From assembly GCA_010093815.1 (NCBI GenBank), contig ML996567.1: DNA of 64,000 nucleotides; one strand, written 5' to 3'. How positions within the stretch are numbered: the stretch's first letter is position 1; each line of letters opens with the position of its first letter. Under the pieces are notes generated by a model, which saw only the letters and a list, made by a program, of their open reading frames with translations, was not told the DNA's origin and did no database searches. The position numbers and the translations under genes were made by a program. Shown one piece after another: positions 1 to 11,678 of the stretch. This stretch comes from Pseudovirgaria hyperparasitica (Eukaryota).

Positions 1-1
1 A

Positions 2-547
2 TCAAACACGCCTGGCCTCTGCAACAGCACCTCAATCCGAGACTTGCCGACCTCCTGGACCTTTGATGAATTATATGCTGCAATCAATGGAACAGCACTA
101 TTCGATCTGGTAGCAAACTTCGGATCGGCACTCTATGGCTCCACAATCGTGGACAACAACTGGCCTACGCAGCGGACACTGGACTCGGTCAACAGAGACG
201 AATGGTCTGTGCCATACAGCTACTTCTGGGGATCTCTGGCCATATTCGCGTTTGTCTCGCATATCCTCATCTCCCTACGACGCAAGACCCGTGCCGACAT
301 CTTCCTGTTTGTGCAAACCCTGTCGCGCATCCTGGTGTTGGCTGTGGCCATAGCATTGGGTGTTGTCGGGTCGTTCAACGACACCTTCTACTACAACTTT
401 ACGGACTCACCGTCTGTAGTCACCATCGCAATGGGCTGTCTAGCTTTCGTCTTCATATCCGACTACATCGGAAGAGTCGCGAGTAACTGGCAGGTAGGCA
501 AGCGGAATGAGCGACTGGACATTGATGACGAAGGCGAGAAGCGCTAG
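2..547 (+). CDS. 3' end of a multi-pass membrane protein (possibly fungal LtrA-like family); 5' part lies outside the window
   Basis: Frame is open from position 2 to TAG at 545-547. Three hydrophobic segments (YFWGSLAIFAFVSHILI, ILVLAVAIALGVVG, VVTIAMGCLAFVFIS). Family call is tentative. Confidence 0.6.
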   Translation, partial: SNTPGLCNSTSIRDLPTSWTFDELYAAINGTALFDLVANFGSALYGSTIVDNNWPTQRTLDSVNRDEWSVPYSYFWGSLAIFAFVSHILISLRRKTRADIFLFVQTLSRILVLAVAIALGVVGSFNDTFYYNFTDSPSVVTIAMGCLAFVFISDYIGRVASNWQVGKRNERLDIDDEGEKR

Positions 548-578
548 ACGAGCTACATGGTACATATCAGCGTATCAC

Positions 579-582
<4 letters not shown>

Positions 583-620
<38 letters not shown>
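583..620. repeat. (AT)19 microsatellite
   Basis: Perfect AT dinucleotide run between two convergent genes. Confidence 0.97.
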
Positions 621-624
<4 letters not shown>

Positions 625-680
625 CACATCCATCTCATCGCCCTCCAACCCCACATCCCTCCCTTCTCCTAACCTGAACC

Positions 681-1348
681 CTACCCAACCCTCAAAACCA
701 TAAACACACTAAACCCACCCTCCCCACCCCCAGCATACGGTCCACATTCCACAAACTCAAACTCCTCATACAGCCTCCTCGCACCCGCAAACTCCCCCGA
801 CGACCCCGTCTCCGCATACACCTCCGCATAGCCCCTCCTCCGCGGCTCTTCGATGACATACCCGAGCAACGTCGCGCCCACGCCCTGCCGCAGAAACTCC
901 GTGCTCGTCCGCATTGCTTTGATTTCGCATGCGTGTGTGGTACTTGTGTCTTGGGGGGGGGGGATAAGAAAGGTTCGTGTGAGTTTGGTTATAGGGCGTA
1001 ATTTCTATATGGATGGTAAAGTGGAGGTTGGTGAAGTGGTGGTTTGCGTGTGGTGGTATCTCGGGGGCACGTACTTATCTCCTTGAGCGCAGCTATGCCC
1101 ACGAGACGCCGCCCGTCGCTGTTGTCCTTGTCCTCCTCCTTCTCCTTGCCATTATTGCCATCGTTATCGTCGTCCTCCCACCAGGCCGTATAGCACGTCA
1201 CGCTCGCATCGCGCAGGCCATCTACGCCCAACACGCGTGCAGACGCAGTAGAGTCGGCGATTACGCTCGCCATATGGCGCGTGTGTTCTGCAAGGAGGGC
1301 TAGCACGCGTGGGTTTGTGAGTGGGTCTTGTTTTATGATGATGGGCAT
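681..1348 (-). CDS. GNAT N-acetyltransferase, bacterial YsnE-like; 2 exons, intron 950-1074
   Basis: Splicing GTACGT...CTCAC...C11-AAG joins MPIIIKQDPLTNPRVLALLAEH...LVGIAALKEI to EIKAMRTSTEFLRQGVG...ETGS...ARRLYEEFEFVECGPY...SVFM, matching the YsnE-type pattern EIKSMRT..HLRKGV..ETGS..ARxLY..FG..C.PF..S.FM. Confidence 0.85.
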
Positions 1349-1845
1349 TGTGGGATTTTGTTGATTAGTGGATTTGAAGGGGGGAGGGGTTTGTGGAGGT
1401 GTGAGACGGATTATTGTGTGTTGTTTGATGGTGGTGTGGGTTGTGTGGGTTGAGGATCTGATAGTGCTTGCGCCCTGTGTTGTACATGCATGCGGTAGAG
1501 TCGGATTTTGGGAGGGTATGCTTGCGTGCGTGCGGGCTGGCTGGCTGGTTGGTGAGATGGGTTCTTGTAGACGCCAAAGTATAGACTCGGCACAGCTTTA
1601 GACTATAAGCGGCTATATTAGATGTAGATAATCCGGGTTTAAATCCTGCGTGTAAAGTGGAAAAAGCTCAGCATACGACAGAGTTCACTGTATGCTAACA
1701 TCTTCGGTATATTGAGAAAAAGCCACTATGCTGGGCAAGTCTATATTAAGTGCATGATGCACAATATGAACAAAATAGGATGACATAATGGGTATATAAA
1801 TATGTACAACCATCACGATAAAAACAAAAAACACCCAAACCTCCC

Positions 1846-4800
1846 TCAAACAGCCTCCTTGTCATTAATCGGATTAGCAGCCTTCTGCACCCCATCCTTG
1901 ACGCCCGCCTCCACCTTCTCCTTGCCCTCGCTTGTCTTCTTCCCCTTCTTCCCCTTGCCTTTAGGCAGACTAAAGCCGCTCATATTCCACTTCTTCACGC
2001 GGAACAGGTAGTACGTCAGCACGGCCATGGTAATATTGAACCCGATAAACGCCCACATGATGCCATAGTCGCGCCACCGCTCAGAGTAGTAGATGTTGCT
2101 GCCGGCCAGATACTGGTCGCCGTTGCTCAACGGGCAGTATTGGCAGTTGGTCATGGCCTCGGGGTTGCGCAGATAGCCGGGCGCCACGGCGAGGTAGTCG
2201 CGCATGTAGTCGCCACAGCTCGTGTTTGCGGGAGGGTCAAACTGTGAGGTCTCGGCGGCCGAGCACTCGATTGCGCGCTCGTGTAGTTGGGTGCCGGAGA
2301 TGCCGCCGACCCAGTAGGTAAAGGGGCTGACGCGGTACATGAAGATCCAGAAGCCGGGCAGAGCGTCGGGGGATTGCAGGACACCGCAGAAGAGCGTGGA
2401 CATGAGCGTTCCGAGCGTGACGAGGCCGGAGGCGGTTTGGGCGTCTGGGAGCGCGGCGATGGTCATGTGTGCAAAGGACGAGGCGTAGATGAAGAGCTGG
2501 ATGACGAAGAGAAGCACGAGACCCTGGCGCGCAGATGACTGGATGCCGATGACGGCGTAGTAGTATGATGCCCAAGTGACGATGGCGACAATGACTTGCC
2601 AGGGGATTTCAATGAAGATGTTGGCAATAACGAACGCTTTCCAAGAGTATGCTTTGCTCGGCCGTTCACGGACCTCGTACAAGGCGCGCTGTGTGATAAA
2701 CAGCGGCTGTATTTGCTGCACAAGCGTAGAGAAGATTGTGGTGAGCATGAAGACGGAAAAGATGACATTTTGCATGCCCGCCTGAGTGGCATCAGCGCCG
2801 TAGAATGTAAAGCCGATGAAGAGGCCTGCAGCGATTCCGAGCGCGAATTTGGCGCCGATGTACGAAGGCATGCGCCAGTATTGTTGCGTGACGCGCCATG
2901 TTACTTCAATCAATTGAGTGGTAAAGGGCATTGCGAATTCGGAGTGCGAGTCTGCACCGTCATCCTCGACAGCTTCATGTTGTTTTTCTGAGTGGATGCG
3001 GTCGATTTCAGTGCCTACAGCTTGGCAGTTTTCACTTTGTTTCCATACGTCAAACCAATCCTCGCCTTGGTCGTTGGTACCGTTGTTGACAATCTCGAGC
3101 ATGTATTCTGCGGGATTCTCTTCATCATCGCACTTACGGCCCCCATTCGACTCAAAGTAGTCTAGGAGTGTGCGAGAATTCTCTCCAATCTCGCCAAAGT
3201 AGACGGTTTTTCCGCCCTTGGCCAAGAATAGAAGCCGATCGAACTCCTGGAAGAGGATGGCGGAAGGTTGATGGACGGTACAGAGGACTGCCTGGCCTGC
3301 ATCCGCAAGTTTGCGAAGGAATGAGCAGATTGCCCACGAGGATTGAGAGTCCAGTCCACTGGTAGGCTCGTCGAGAAACAATAGAAGTTTTGGCTTGGCC
3401 GACAATTCCACTCCGATTGTCAGGAGTTTGCGTTGCTCAACGTTCAATCCTTGTCCAGGTACACCCACAACAGCATCAGCAAAGTCGCGCATGTTGAGCA
3501 TATCGATGACCTCTTCGACAAAGTCGTATTTCTCTTGTTTCGAAACGGTCTTGGGTTGACGTAGCATGGCACTGAATCGAAGAGACTCTCGAACGGTGGC
3601 AGTCTCAAGATGTAGATCTATGACGTGTCAGTGGAGTTTACTATGACTCAATAGTTCACCTACCTTGCTGTTGAACATAACCTGTCTTGCGCTGGAAGCT
3701 GGCGTCCAGGGGCTTGCCATTGACTAGCATGTCACCAGTAATGACACCCATAGTGGTCCTCTGAGCCAACACATCCAAAAGAGTAGTCTTTCCAGCACCG
3801 CTGACACCCATCAAGGCGGTCAGGGTTCCGGGCTTTACCCAACCAGAAACATTGTCGAGAAGGCGGCGACTTCCATCTTTGACCTCAATGTCGTACACAA
3901 CATCTCTCCAGGTGAAGATATCCTTCTGAGGCTCGATTGCTTTCACTTCGCCTGCATCGCTGTTACCCTTGACTTCACCACCATTAGCCATCTCCTCATC
4001 GGGTGAGGCTTGCTTTGCACCCTTTTGGAGAGCTGCAGGGACACGACCACGCTGGAAGACGAGAACTTCGGCAGTGCTAGTCATGGAAGAATTGAATTCG
4101 ACCGCGACAAAATATATCGCCATGAAAAAGACCAGAAAGGCGATGAGGATACCGAAGTTGCGCCAGACGTGGGAGTAGTAGTACTGGTAGTTTTGTTCGA
4201 TGAACGAGTCGCCACTTACTGTCGTCTGACCCGCGACAGCACCTACGATAGAGCATATGAACGAGTCTCCAACCATGTACGAAGGAACAAAACTCGAGCA
4301 TTCAAACTGTCGACCGTGGAATTCGTTGGCGATAAGGATCTCAAAAGCGTAGAATAGTGGATTGATCCATCTAATCCAAGAGAACCAGGGATGCATCTGT
4401 GGTACAGCAATCACGAAGCCGGTGTAGATGACAAGAGCGAGAACCAAAACACCGGACAAAGCCATGGCCTGTGAGACGGTCTTGGTAAGCGCGGCCATGG
4501 TCCTGAAAATAGCGCTCATTACAAACGTCGAGAGGTATGTAATAAGGAAGTAGAGGAAGAATTGAGCCGGCTCCACACGCAGACCGGCCATGAAGTACAA
4601 GACGATATTGAAAATTGTGGAGACGACAAACTTGACGGGTATATCGAGCACTATTCCCGCTGCAGCCTCTGTCGCAGGGTGATAGAAGGCGTACGAAGCA
4701 TGTTTTTCGACAATCGGACGTTGCGCGTACAGACTATTGATTTCACCAATGGCAGTCAAAGCGTTGAGGAGGGCAGCCATGAACAGAACCGAGCCTTTGG

Positions 4801-6536
4801 CGAAGAAACCACCCGAGGCGTTGGGAGTACCGAAAAAGACAGAACCGATGATGAGAGCCAGGATCAGATTCATTACAGACTGTGAGACGGTTGCCGATTT
4901 ATCTCCCATGACACGTTGGTATGCTCGTCGAGTACAGAGTCGGACCTGCATGACCGTATTGATCGTGTAAGGAGACCCTTTGCGGACATGCTTGGCTTGC
5001 AAGTATTGCTGCTGCTCTCTCAACTGAGAGGCAGCACCAGAGTTCTCCAATGGATATTCCTTCTCATATGAGTCCATTTCGGATTGGAGCTCTTTGTATT
5101 CTGGCGATTCTCGCCAGTATCGTTCAAAATCCTCAGGTGTACGAGGAACCTTGTCTTCCATACCTTCTCTTGGCTTGCGTTCCGAGGCGTTCGTTACGGA
5201 GGTAAGGAAGTCTCCAGTTGTCTGTCTCTGTGGTGACAACCAGCCTTGTCTTTCGAAGAAGGCTTTAGCCTTTGAGGCGGGGCCAAAGTATATCTGACGC
5301 CCTTCGTAAAGTACTGTAGCCTTGTCGAAAACATCGTAAATGGCTTGACTAGCCTGGTAAATGGCTACGGCACTTGTAGCGCCACTGAAATCGGATGCCA
5401 TTCGCAAGGCTTGGACAAACTTCAAAGCCGTTGCCGAATCCAAACCTCGAGTGCTGTTGTCCCAGGCTCCCATAGGAGATCCAGCCAGCACCATTTCTGC
5501 AATGCTGACTCGTTTTCGTTCACCTCCACTCACACCGCGGATAAAGTCGTCACCAACTTTCGTATTGTAAGTATGGCTGAGACCGAAAACTGCCATCACA
5601 ACTTTTGCGACATGCTGGCTCATCTCTTCACGAGACATATCTTTGACTCTATGGGATGGAGTGCGTGCACTGGCAGCAAATTCAAGAGTCTGACCGACAG
5701 TGAGATGCGGAAAATGTCTATCGACCTGTATAAAGTGTCAGCAGCATTTCACGTCCTCACTTCATATCACATACTTCCTGATTGTATATCGTCTCTCCCC
5801 GAAACTCCTTGATCATCTGCTTCTGATCGATACCGTTATAGTGTATTGTGGAAGCCGGATCTAGTTCAAGGCCGTGCAGCTGTCCAGTCATAGTTTTGAG
5901 CAGGGTACTGCATCCTGAACCAGGTCTTCCAAGTACAATCAGGAGCTCACCGCTCTTGACTACACCGTCGAAATTCTGTAGAATCTGCTTGTGTTCTTTC
6001 TTTCCAAAGCTCAGAAGCTCTCCTAGTCTTAATGGGGCCATCAGGATGCTGCCGACAGTCCCTTGCAACTGAACTGCGGACCCGGTACCCGAGACATTCA
6101 AGTTCCTGTACAAGACTCCGGTGCGTTTTGGTGTGACACCTTCGGCTTCGAAATGCTGCATGAACTTGCGTATCCATTTGCCCAAATCGAAGCTTTTGCT
6201 GTTGGGATCCAGCACCGGATCGTTGTCTTCAAGTCCAGAAACCGTGTTGGTCCGCGAGAGACCATCCGTGAAGCTGGACTGTCGTCTGGAAAGGGCTGTG
6301 ACGATCCGTCGGAGTTCGTCTCTATCAGAATCGGTTATCATGGCCTCGCTATTCCGTCTGCTTGTCGCCGCCGGGTCATTTTGGCTGCCCTTGACAATCG
6401 ACGCGTAGGCGGCATCTGAATCATCACTAGAGTTTATGGATTCAACTTCCTCCTTAGGCTCGACATATTCATTGACAGGAGTCTGTTCTGTGCTAGACGA
6501 CTGCATCTGGCTATCCAGGGAACCTGGATGCGCCAT
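1846..6536 (-). CDS. Full-size PDR/ABCG multidrug ABC transporter (Cdr1/Pdr5/AbcG1-like); introns 5726-5774 and 3618-3663
   Basis: NBD1 Walker [10 protein letters not shown] (Cys for Lys, typical of PDR) and signature [16 protein letters not shown]2 GVSGAGKTT and [15 protein letters not shown]; two TMDs. Splicing restores [13 protein letters not shown] and QQ|DLHLET. Confidence 0.97.
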
Positions 6537-7312
6537 TGAATCAATCGATTCCACCGAGGGCTTGCCGCTATGATTCAGCTATCAAAGAATTGAAATTGAG
6601 TAACGACACTGGATGGAAATGATAGCTACAGGTGTCGATGTTGTGTTGGGCGGTATATGTATGTATGACGAGCAGTGCATCGGACGACGAGGGCAGGAAG
6701 ATGAATATAAGTGAGTAGTAGCAGTAGCATCAAAAAGCCAACAAGTTCGAAATGAGATCATTCGAGCGCATTGGACCGAGCTGGAAATGGTAACGCGCGA
6801 CACATAGCAACGGTACCAGACGGCTAAGGACCAGTTAACCACTATTTCCAGCCAGTACGGACGAAGAGAAGCTTAAAGCCCGAGTCTGGGCGTCAACTAT
6901 CAACACACCGAGCGGAGGGTCGGAGGAGCCGGAGCAACGTCCAGGAGCCAGTTGAGAAGGACATTTTGCGCCTCAACAACACAACAACAGTGGAGAGGTG
7001 TAGTGGAAAGTCATGGCAACAACATGGGAGACAGATGTATCCGGGTCCGACCAGATGTGTAAGAGCTGTGGCGTCAGGCTGAGATCGACAATAAGATTCT
7101 CGCATGGCCAGGATTGTTTGCGATCCGAATACGCCTACGTTTGGCACACACCACCCCCCTCCCCCTGCCCTCTACCCCCGTCTCACCTCCTCACCCGGCA
7201 GGACATGGCAAGCAACAGTAGCCGGGAACAGGCGTGGAGCCGCTGCGGCTGGGCTTGTTTGGCCGCGCGCTGGCTGCAGTTTAGGCGGGCCTTCACCAAA
7301 TCTTTAGGGGCC

Positions 7313-7350
7313 CGGTAGCCAATGCAGCCGTTATCCGAGTCCATCCGCGG
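7313..7350. promoter_or_regulatory. Candidate AtrR-type response element CGG-N12-CCG plus PDRE-like TCCGCGG upstream of the ABC transporter
   Basis: CGG TAGCCAATGCAG CCG at 7313-7330 and TCCGCGG at 7344-7350, about 0.8 kb upstream of the ATG at 6536. Confidence 0.5.
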
Positions 7351-7614
7351 CGGTTTTGTCAAGCTGTATCGACGTAATTACTGTACATCCAACTCTCAAA
7401 TGCCGACGGTCAAAACTCGCCGGGCGGACTTTGACAGCATCGCACAAATCATTTCGTCCTCGCATGTCACATTCTCTCCATACCATTGGACATAGCCTCG
7501 AAACACGTTGTCCTGGTTATTTTACTTGACACGCAAGCCATGGACAAGATTTAATATATCTTTACTGCGAAGTGCGTAGGTAATTGACATTGCCTCAGCG
7601 ACGCCCTTCGTTCC

Positions 7615-8319
7615 TCAATCGACCGTCAATAGCTGCTCAAAGAACCCAGCAAACTCCCCACTCGGATGCCTGAGATGTACTTCTAAAATCCAATGCAATC
7701 TATGGCCTTTCTTATCCATGCTCGCCATTGACTGTGTATTGCCACTCGTGATATAGTGTGTGATCTTGTTGTTTGGAATGCGCTCGTGCGGAAAGTCTCC
7801 AACTATGTGTCCAGCAATATCCGCATTCCATTCCCACCCGTCCTCCTTGGCGGCAGAAACAGCAATCTCATACAACTCCCCTCCAGTCATATCAGGGCGC
7901 TGCTGATACATAGCCTTGATCTTGTGCCACATTGGATCAAGAGCATTTGCAAGTTTCTTCTTCTCCGGATCGTTTCCCAGGACATACGAGCGACCAAAGT
8001 CGGCCTCCCAGGCTTCAAATACCGGTCCCAGATCAATTACTAGAATGTCATCTTCTTCGATGATGCGATCAGGTGGGCTATCTCGGAATGGAAGTAGAGT
8101 GTTTGGCCCGCTTCTGATAAGTCGTTTGTGCCAATGCGTCCGCACGCCGTAACGCTCTTTGCCGAGCTCGTGGATCTTGTCACTCACAGCCTTCTCGCTC
8201 TGGCCTGGCTTGATAAGAGTCCTGCTAATCTCTTCGAACATTTGTATAGCTTTCGTCTCCGCATCTCGAAGAGCTGCTGCTCGTTCTTGCTCAGCAGTGG
8301 TCGCTGCTGAGGTCATCAT
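7615..8319 (-). CDS. M24-family metallopeptidase (Xaa-Pro aminopeptidase-like catalytic domain only), intronless
   Basis: Metal-ligand motifs IDLGPVFEAWEADFGRS, AGHIVGDFPHE, WILEVH, FFEQLL; ATG at 8319 or 8316. Confidence 0.85.
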   Translation of the reverse strand: MMTSAATTAEQERAAALRDAETKAIQMFEEISRTLIKPGQSEKAVSDKIHELGKERYGVRTHWHKRLIRSGPNTLLPFRDSPPDRIIEEDDILVIDLGPVFEAWEADFGRSYVLGNDPEKKKLANALDPMWHKIKAMYQQRPDMTGGELYEIAVSAAKEDGWEWNADIAGHIVGDFPHERIPNNKITHYITSGNTQSMASMDKKGHRLHWILEVHLRHPSGEFAGFFEQLLTVD

Positions 8320-9783
8320 GAAAGCTCCTTGCAGAGATACCACTAATGTCAATAATGGGTGTATTGAGGTATTCAAGCATCGAAGGATCTAAGGAGCATT
8401 CTTTAAACAATCGTGGGCGATGTACTGTATAATCCTTCGCGCGGGATAGATTCTACCTACCACGAAGTCGAACGTTCCACCTCATATTGAGTATTATGTC
8501 ATCCAGCTTACTCAGGGGCTAAGGTGAGCCTTCTAATTTATTTCTAGAAAGTTCCCACGTATAGGTATACACCCAGACGACTATAGTTGAGTTTATCTAC
8601 GTGGGACGAAAGTCAATGCATATTCTACCTCTATAGTCGTCATTCATATATTTTCAGACTCAAAGACACCGTGGACACTGCCATTGATGTTACGCAGTGA
8701 AGCATTCTTTGGACGTCCTACCTTTGTGTACAATGTTACTATCATGGCTGCATATAAACTGTTCTAATGTGACACCAGGCACGCCTCAGACCAGTTACAC
8801 AGCCTGTACATAACACGCACGTACCTTAGGCCTCCAGCTTACTATAAATTCAACATCAATGCACAATCAGTCTCAATCAACACGAACTAAAATGAAGTAT
8901 CCAACACGCAAGTGAAGTTGAACCATTATGATCGTCTCTCATACAGTTATAACAGACCTCCAGAATGTATTTGCTTTACAGACAGGTTGAAGTGACGTCG
9001 GCCTCGGAGCGCCACTACTTGGCCATACTTGAAGAGTCTGACAAACTTGCTTATTGTAACGTCGCGCCACGCTTGATTTCAGGCCCGGCGTCACTGTCTA
9101 CGTCAGGCCTGGAAACTAATCACTAATAGATGATGCACCGCTTTGACTACGAAGAACTAGCTCTACACTGCAGCACTTGTTAACCTAACATCTTCGTTAA
9201 CTTGTTGAGGGGTGAATTGTACAAATGAGTTATACATGGTAACCTGCCACATGTGCTAGACTCATGTAATTTCCCGTGAGCGAAGCCCTGTTCCCATCCC
9301 TGCACATTCCCTACAAGCTTTTCTGCAGACATCTAACTGAGGGCAAAGTCCGTGGGCGGCGAACCCATCATGCCACTATATCATCAGGAGATCGGCCGGA
9401 CGCCGTTCGACCTGACATCTGTGCCACAATGCTCGCCTAGTATTAACATAGGTCGCCTCGTCTAACGGACCTAATCAGGACAATAGACTGGAAGACCGGA
9501 TAGCAAGCTCATGCGCCAAGTCCCAAATAGGTATTTTGAAGATGGAAATGGCGACCCTGGTGGGCGAAGCAATGCCGATGTTACTCTTAACTGCAACCAG
9601 GGTTTATCAACCATGAAGATCCCTGATTCGAGTGATCATTATAAGTACTTAGATCTGCTCTTTGATCAATTCGACATCAATCGCTCAAACACACCAACAC
9701 TCGATCTCAACTACTTACCGACAATCTCCAAGCGCCAGACCATCTTCGTCCGCAAACCACATACCGACCTACCACTCTTCAAA

Positions 9784-10227
9784 ATGCGCGCTTCTATCCT
9801 CGCTGCTGTCGCCTCTATGACTTGCCTTGCCTCAGCCCGCATCGTCGGCTTCGCAGTTCCCAAAACCATAGCCACCAACTCTCCCTTTGATATCACTGTC
9901 ATCTCCGAGAACTACATCCAATCGGCACAAGAAATCTCGATCGCGTACGGAGTTACCTCCGGCCCGGTGACACCATACCCAGGCACCCTTGGACGTCTCG
10001 TTGGCAGCGCCTACCTTGGTCCCGACGCGTCCAACACGCTGAGCAACATCACCATCACTGCTACATTGGATGGGGACATCATTGAGAAGGGCGATGGGTT
10101 GTTTTCGGCTGCGCTGACGAGTTTGTATGGTGTTGCGTACGGACCAGTATTGCAGAACTTCAACGCGAGCATTACTGTTGGTGATGTGACCAGCGAGGAG
10201 CTGGTCAGGAGTGGTGCTGCTTACTAG
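9784..10227 (+). CDS. NIS1: Secreted NIS1-like effector (necrosis-inducing secreted protein 1 family), 147 aa
   Basis: Signal peptide MRASILAAVASMTCLASA|RIVG; family motifs ISENYIQS..I.IAYG, YPGTLG...GS.YLGP, SLYG...P...NFN.S.TVG..TS; AAAATG start context. Confidence 0.88.
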   Translation: MRASILAAVASMTCLASARIVGFAVPKTIATNSPFDITVISENYIQSAQEISIAYGVTSGPVTPYPGTLGRLVGSAYLGPDASNTLSNITITATLDGDIIEKGDGLFSAALTSLYGVAYGPVLQNFNASITVGDVTSEELVRSGAAY

Positions 10228-10703
10228 AGTAATAGTTTGCGAGACGGTTGTAGCTGTTTAGCATGTTTCAGGCCTAGCGAGCATCGTTGTCTAATTTTAT
10301 ATTGTGTAATTTGTACCTTTTAGACTCAATTCTTTCTATATACTCCTGAGCGTGTTGCAAACCTGTATTAGACCGCGAGCGCGACTCGAATTGAATCGCA
10401 TATATCTCAAAATACACCCATTAGATAGAGTCTTCTTACAAGTAATGACTGCCACATTTTCTTGCGTTAGTCTATCATGTCTCGTTTCTTACCACAAGTC
10501 CAACGAGTAGCATGGTTACCTATATCTGCCCATTCGCTTTAGTGACATGTCGATCGGGTTTGCACCTTCCTCTTTCGCACACCAGTGCATGCAGGTACAG
10601 CTACAAGGGTGCAGCTATGAATATATAGCTTTCAGTGAGATCCTTTCAGCATATTGACTACCTAGGTACGTTTTCAAGAGTAAACAAAAACTTGTTTGTC
10701 AAA

Positions 10704-11678
10704 ATGAAACCCATACCATTCACCAAAGCAGCATTTCTAACCACTCTCACCCTCACCCTCACCACGCCAGGCGTATCATCCCAATACACAACCACATCAC
10801 CCCTCTCCATACCAATCCGTCTCATAACCCACAACATCCGCTACGCAGCCACCTCTCTCTTCACCAACGAAGCCCCCTGGTCCACGCGCCGCCCCCTCAT
10901 CGCCGCCGAACTCCACCACGTCGCCAACGCACCACCCAACTCGCTAATCTGTCTACAAGAAGTTCTACACAACCAAGTCGTCGACATCCACACGGATCTC
11001 AACGCCGGTACGACCGCAAACACAACAGCCACCGAATGGGCATACATCGGCGTAGGTTGTGATGACGGCGTCCAAGCAGGGGAGTACTCACCAATCTTCT
11101 ACCGACCATCCGAATGGCGCCTGCTCTCATTCCGTACGGTCTGGCTCAGCGAGACGCCAGACGTGCCTAGCAAAGGGTGGGATGCGGGCAGTGTGCGAAT
11201 TCTGACAATAGGCGTGTTTGCACATGTGGCGACCGGGCGGGACGTGGTGGCCATGTGCACGCATCTGGACAACCAGGGGACGGTGTCGCGATTGGAGTCT
11301 GCGAAGCTGATCATCGAGCGGATTAACGGGTATACGGGTGCGAATGGGACGGGCCCGGTTGTGCCGGTGTTGTTGGCTGGGGATTTCAATAGCGAGATGG
11401 GCCAGGAGGCGTATGAGGAGATGAGCAGTGCGGCATCGCCGGTTGTGGATTTGAGAGCGCAAGTGCCTGAGGGCATTAGGTATGGAAATGTGAATACGTT
11501 TACGGATTTTACGGATGATACGGGGGATGATATTTTGATAGACTTTTTATGGGTAGGGCCAAATAATGCAAGTTTCTGGAAAGTGGAGGGATACGCGGTG
11601 CTGGCGAATAAGTTTGATAATGGGATTTATAGCAGTGATCACCGGGCTGTGGTTGGAGATGTTGTTTTGATGTCATGA
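10704..11678 (+). CDS. Secreted endonuclease/exonuclease/phosphatase (EEP) family protein
   Basis: Signal-like N-terminus; motifs THNIRY, CLQEV, GEYSPIFY, WLSETP, THLD, GDFNS, IDF, SDHRAV. Confidence 0.92.
   Translation: MKPIPFTKAAFLTTLTLTLTTPGVSSQYTTTSPLSIPIRLITHNIRYAATSLFTNEAPWSTRRPLIAAELHHVANAPPNSLICLQEVLHNQVVDIHTDLNAGTTANTTATEWAYIGVGCDDGVQAGEYSPIFYRPSEWRLLSFRTVWLSETPDVPSKGWDAGSVRILTIGVFAHVATGRDVVAMCTHLDNQGTVSRLESAKLIIERINGYTGANGTGPVVPVLLAGDFNSEMGQEAYEEMSSAASPVVDLRAQVPEGIRYGNVNTFTDFTDDTGDDILIDFLWVGPNNASFWKVEGYAVLANKFDNGIYSSDHRAVVGDVVLMS

Noticed and set aside
6913..6931. Second AtrR-like site in the ABC promoter
   Set aside because: The spacer is 13 nt, not 12.
9511..9783. 91-aa N-terminal extension of the NIS1 ORF in the ORF track
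   Set aside because: It spans the promoter and C/A-rich 5'UTR; the signal peptide and good start context begin at 9784.
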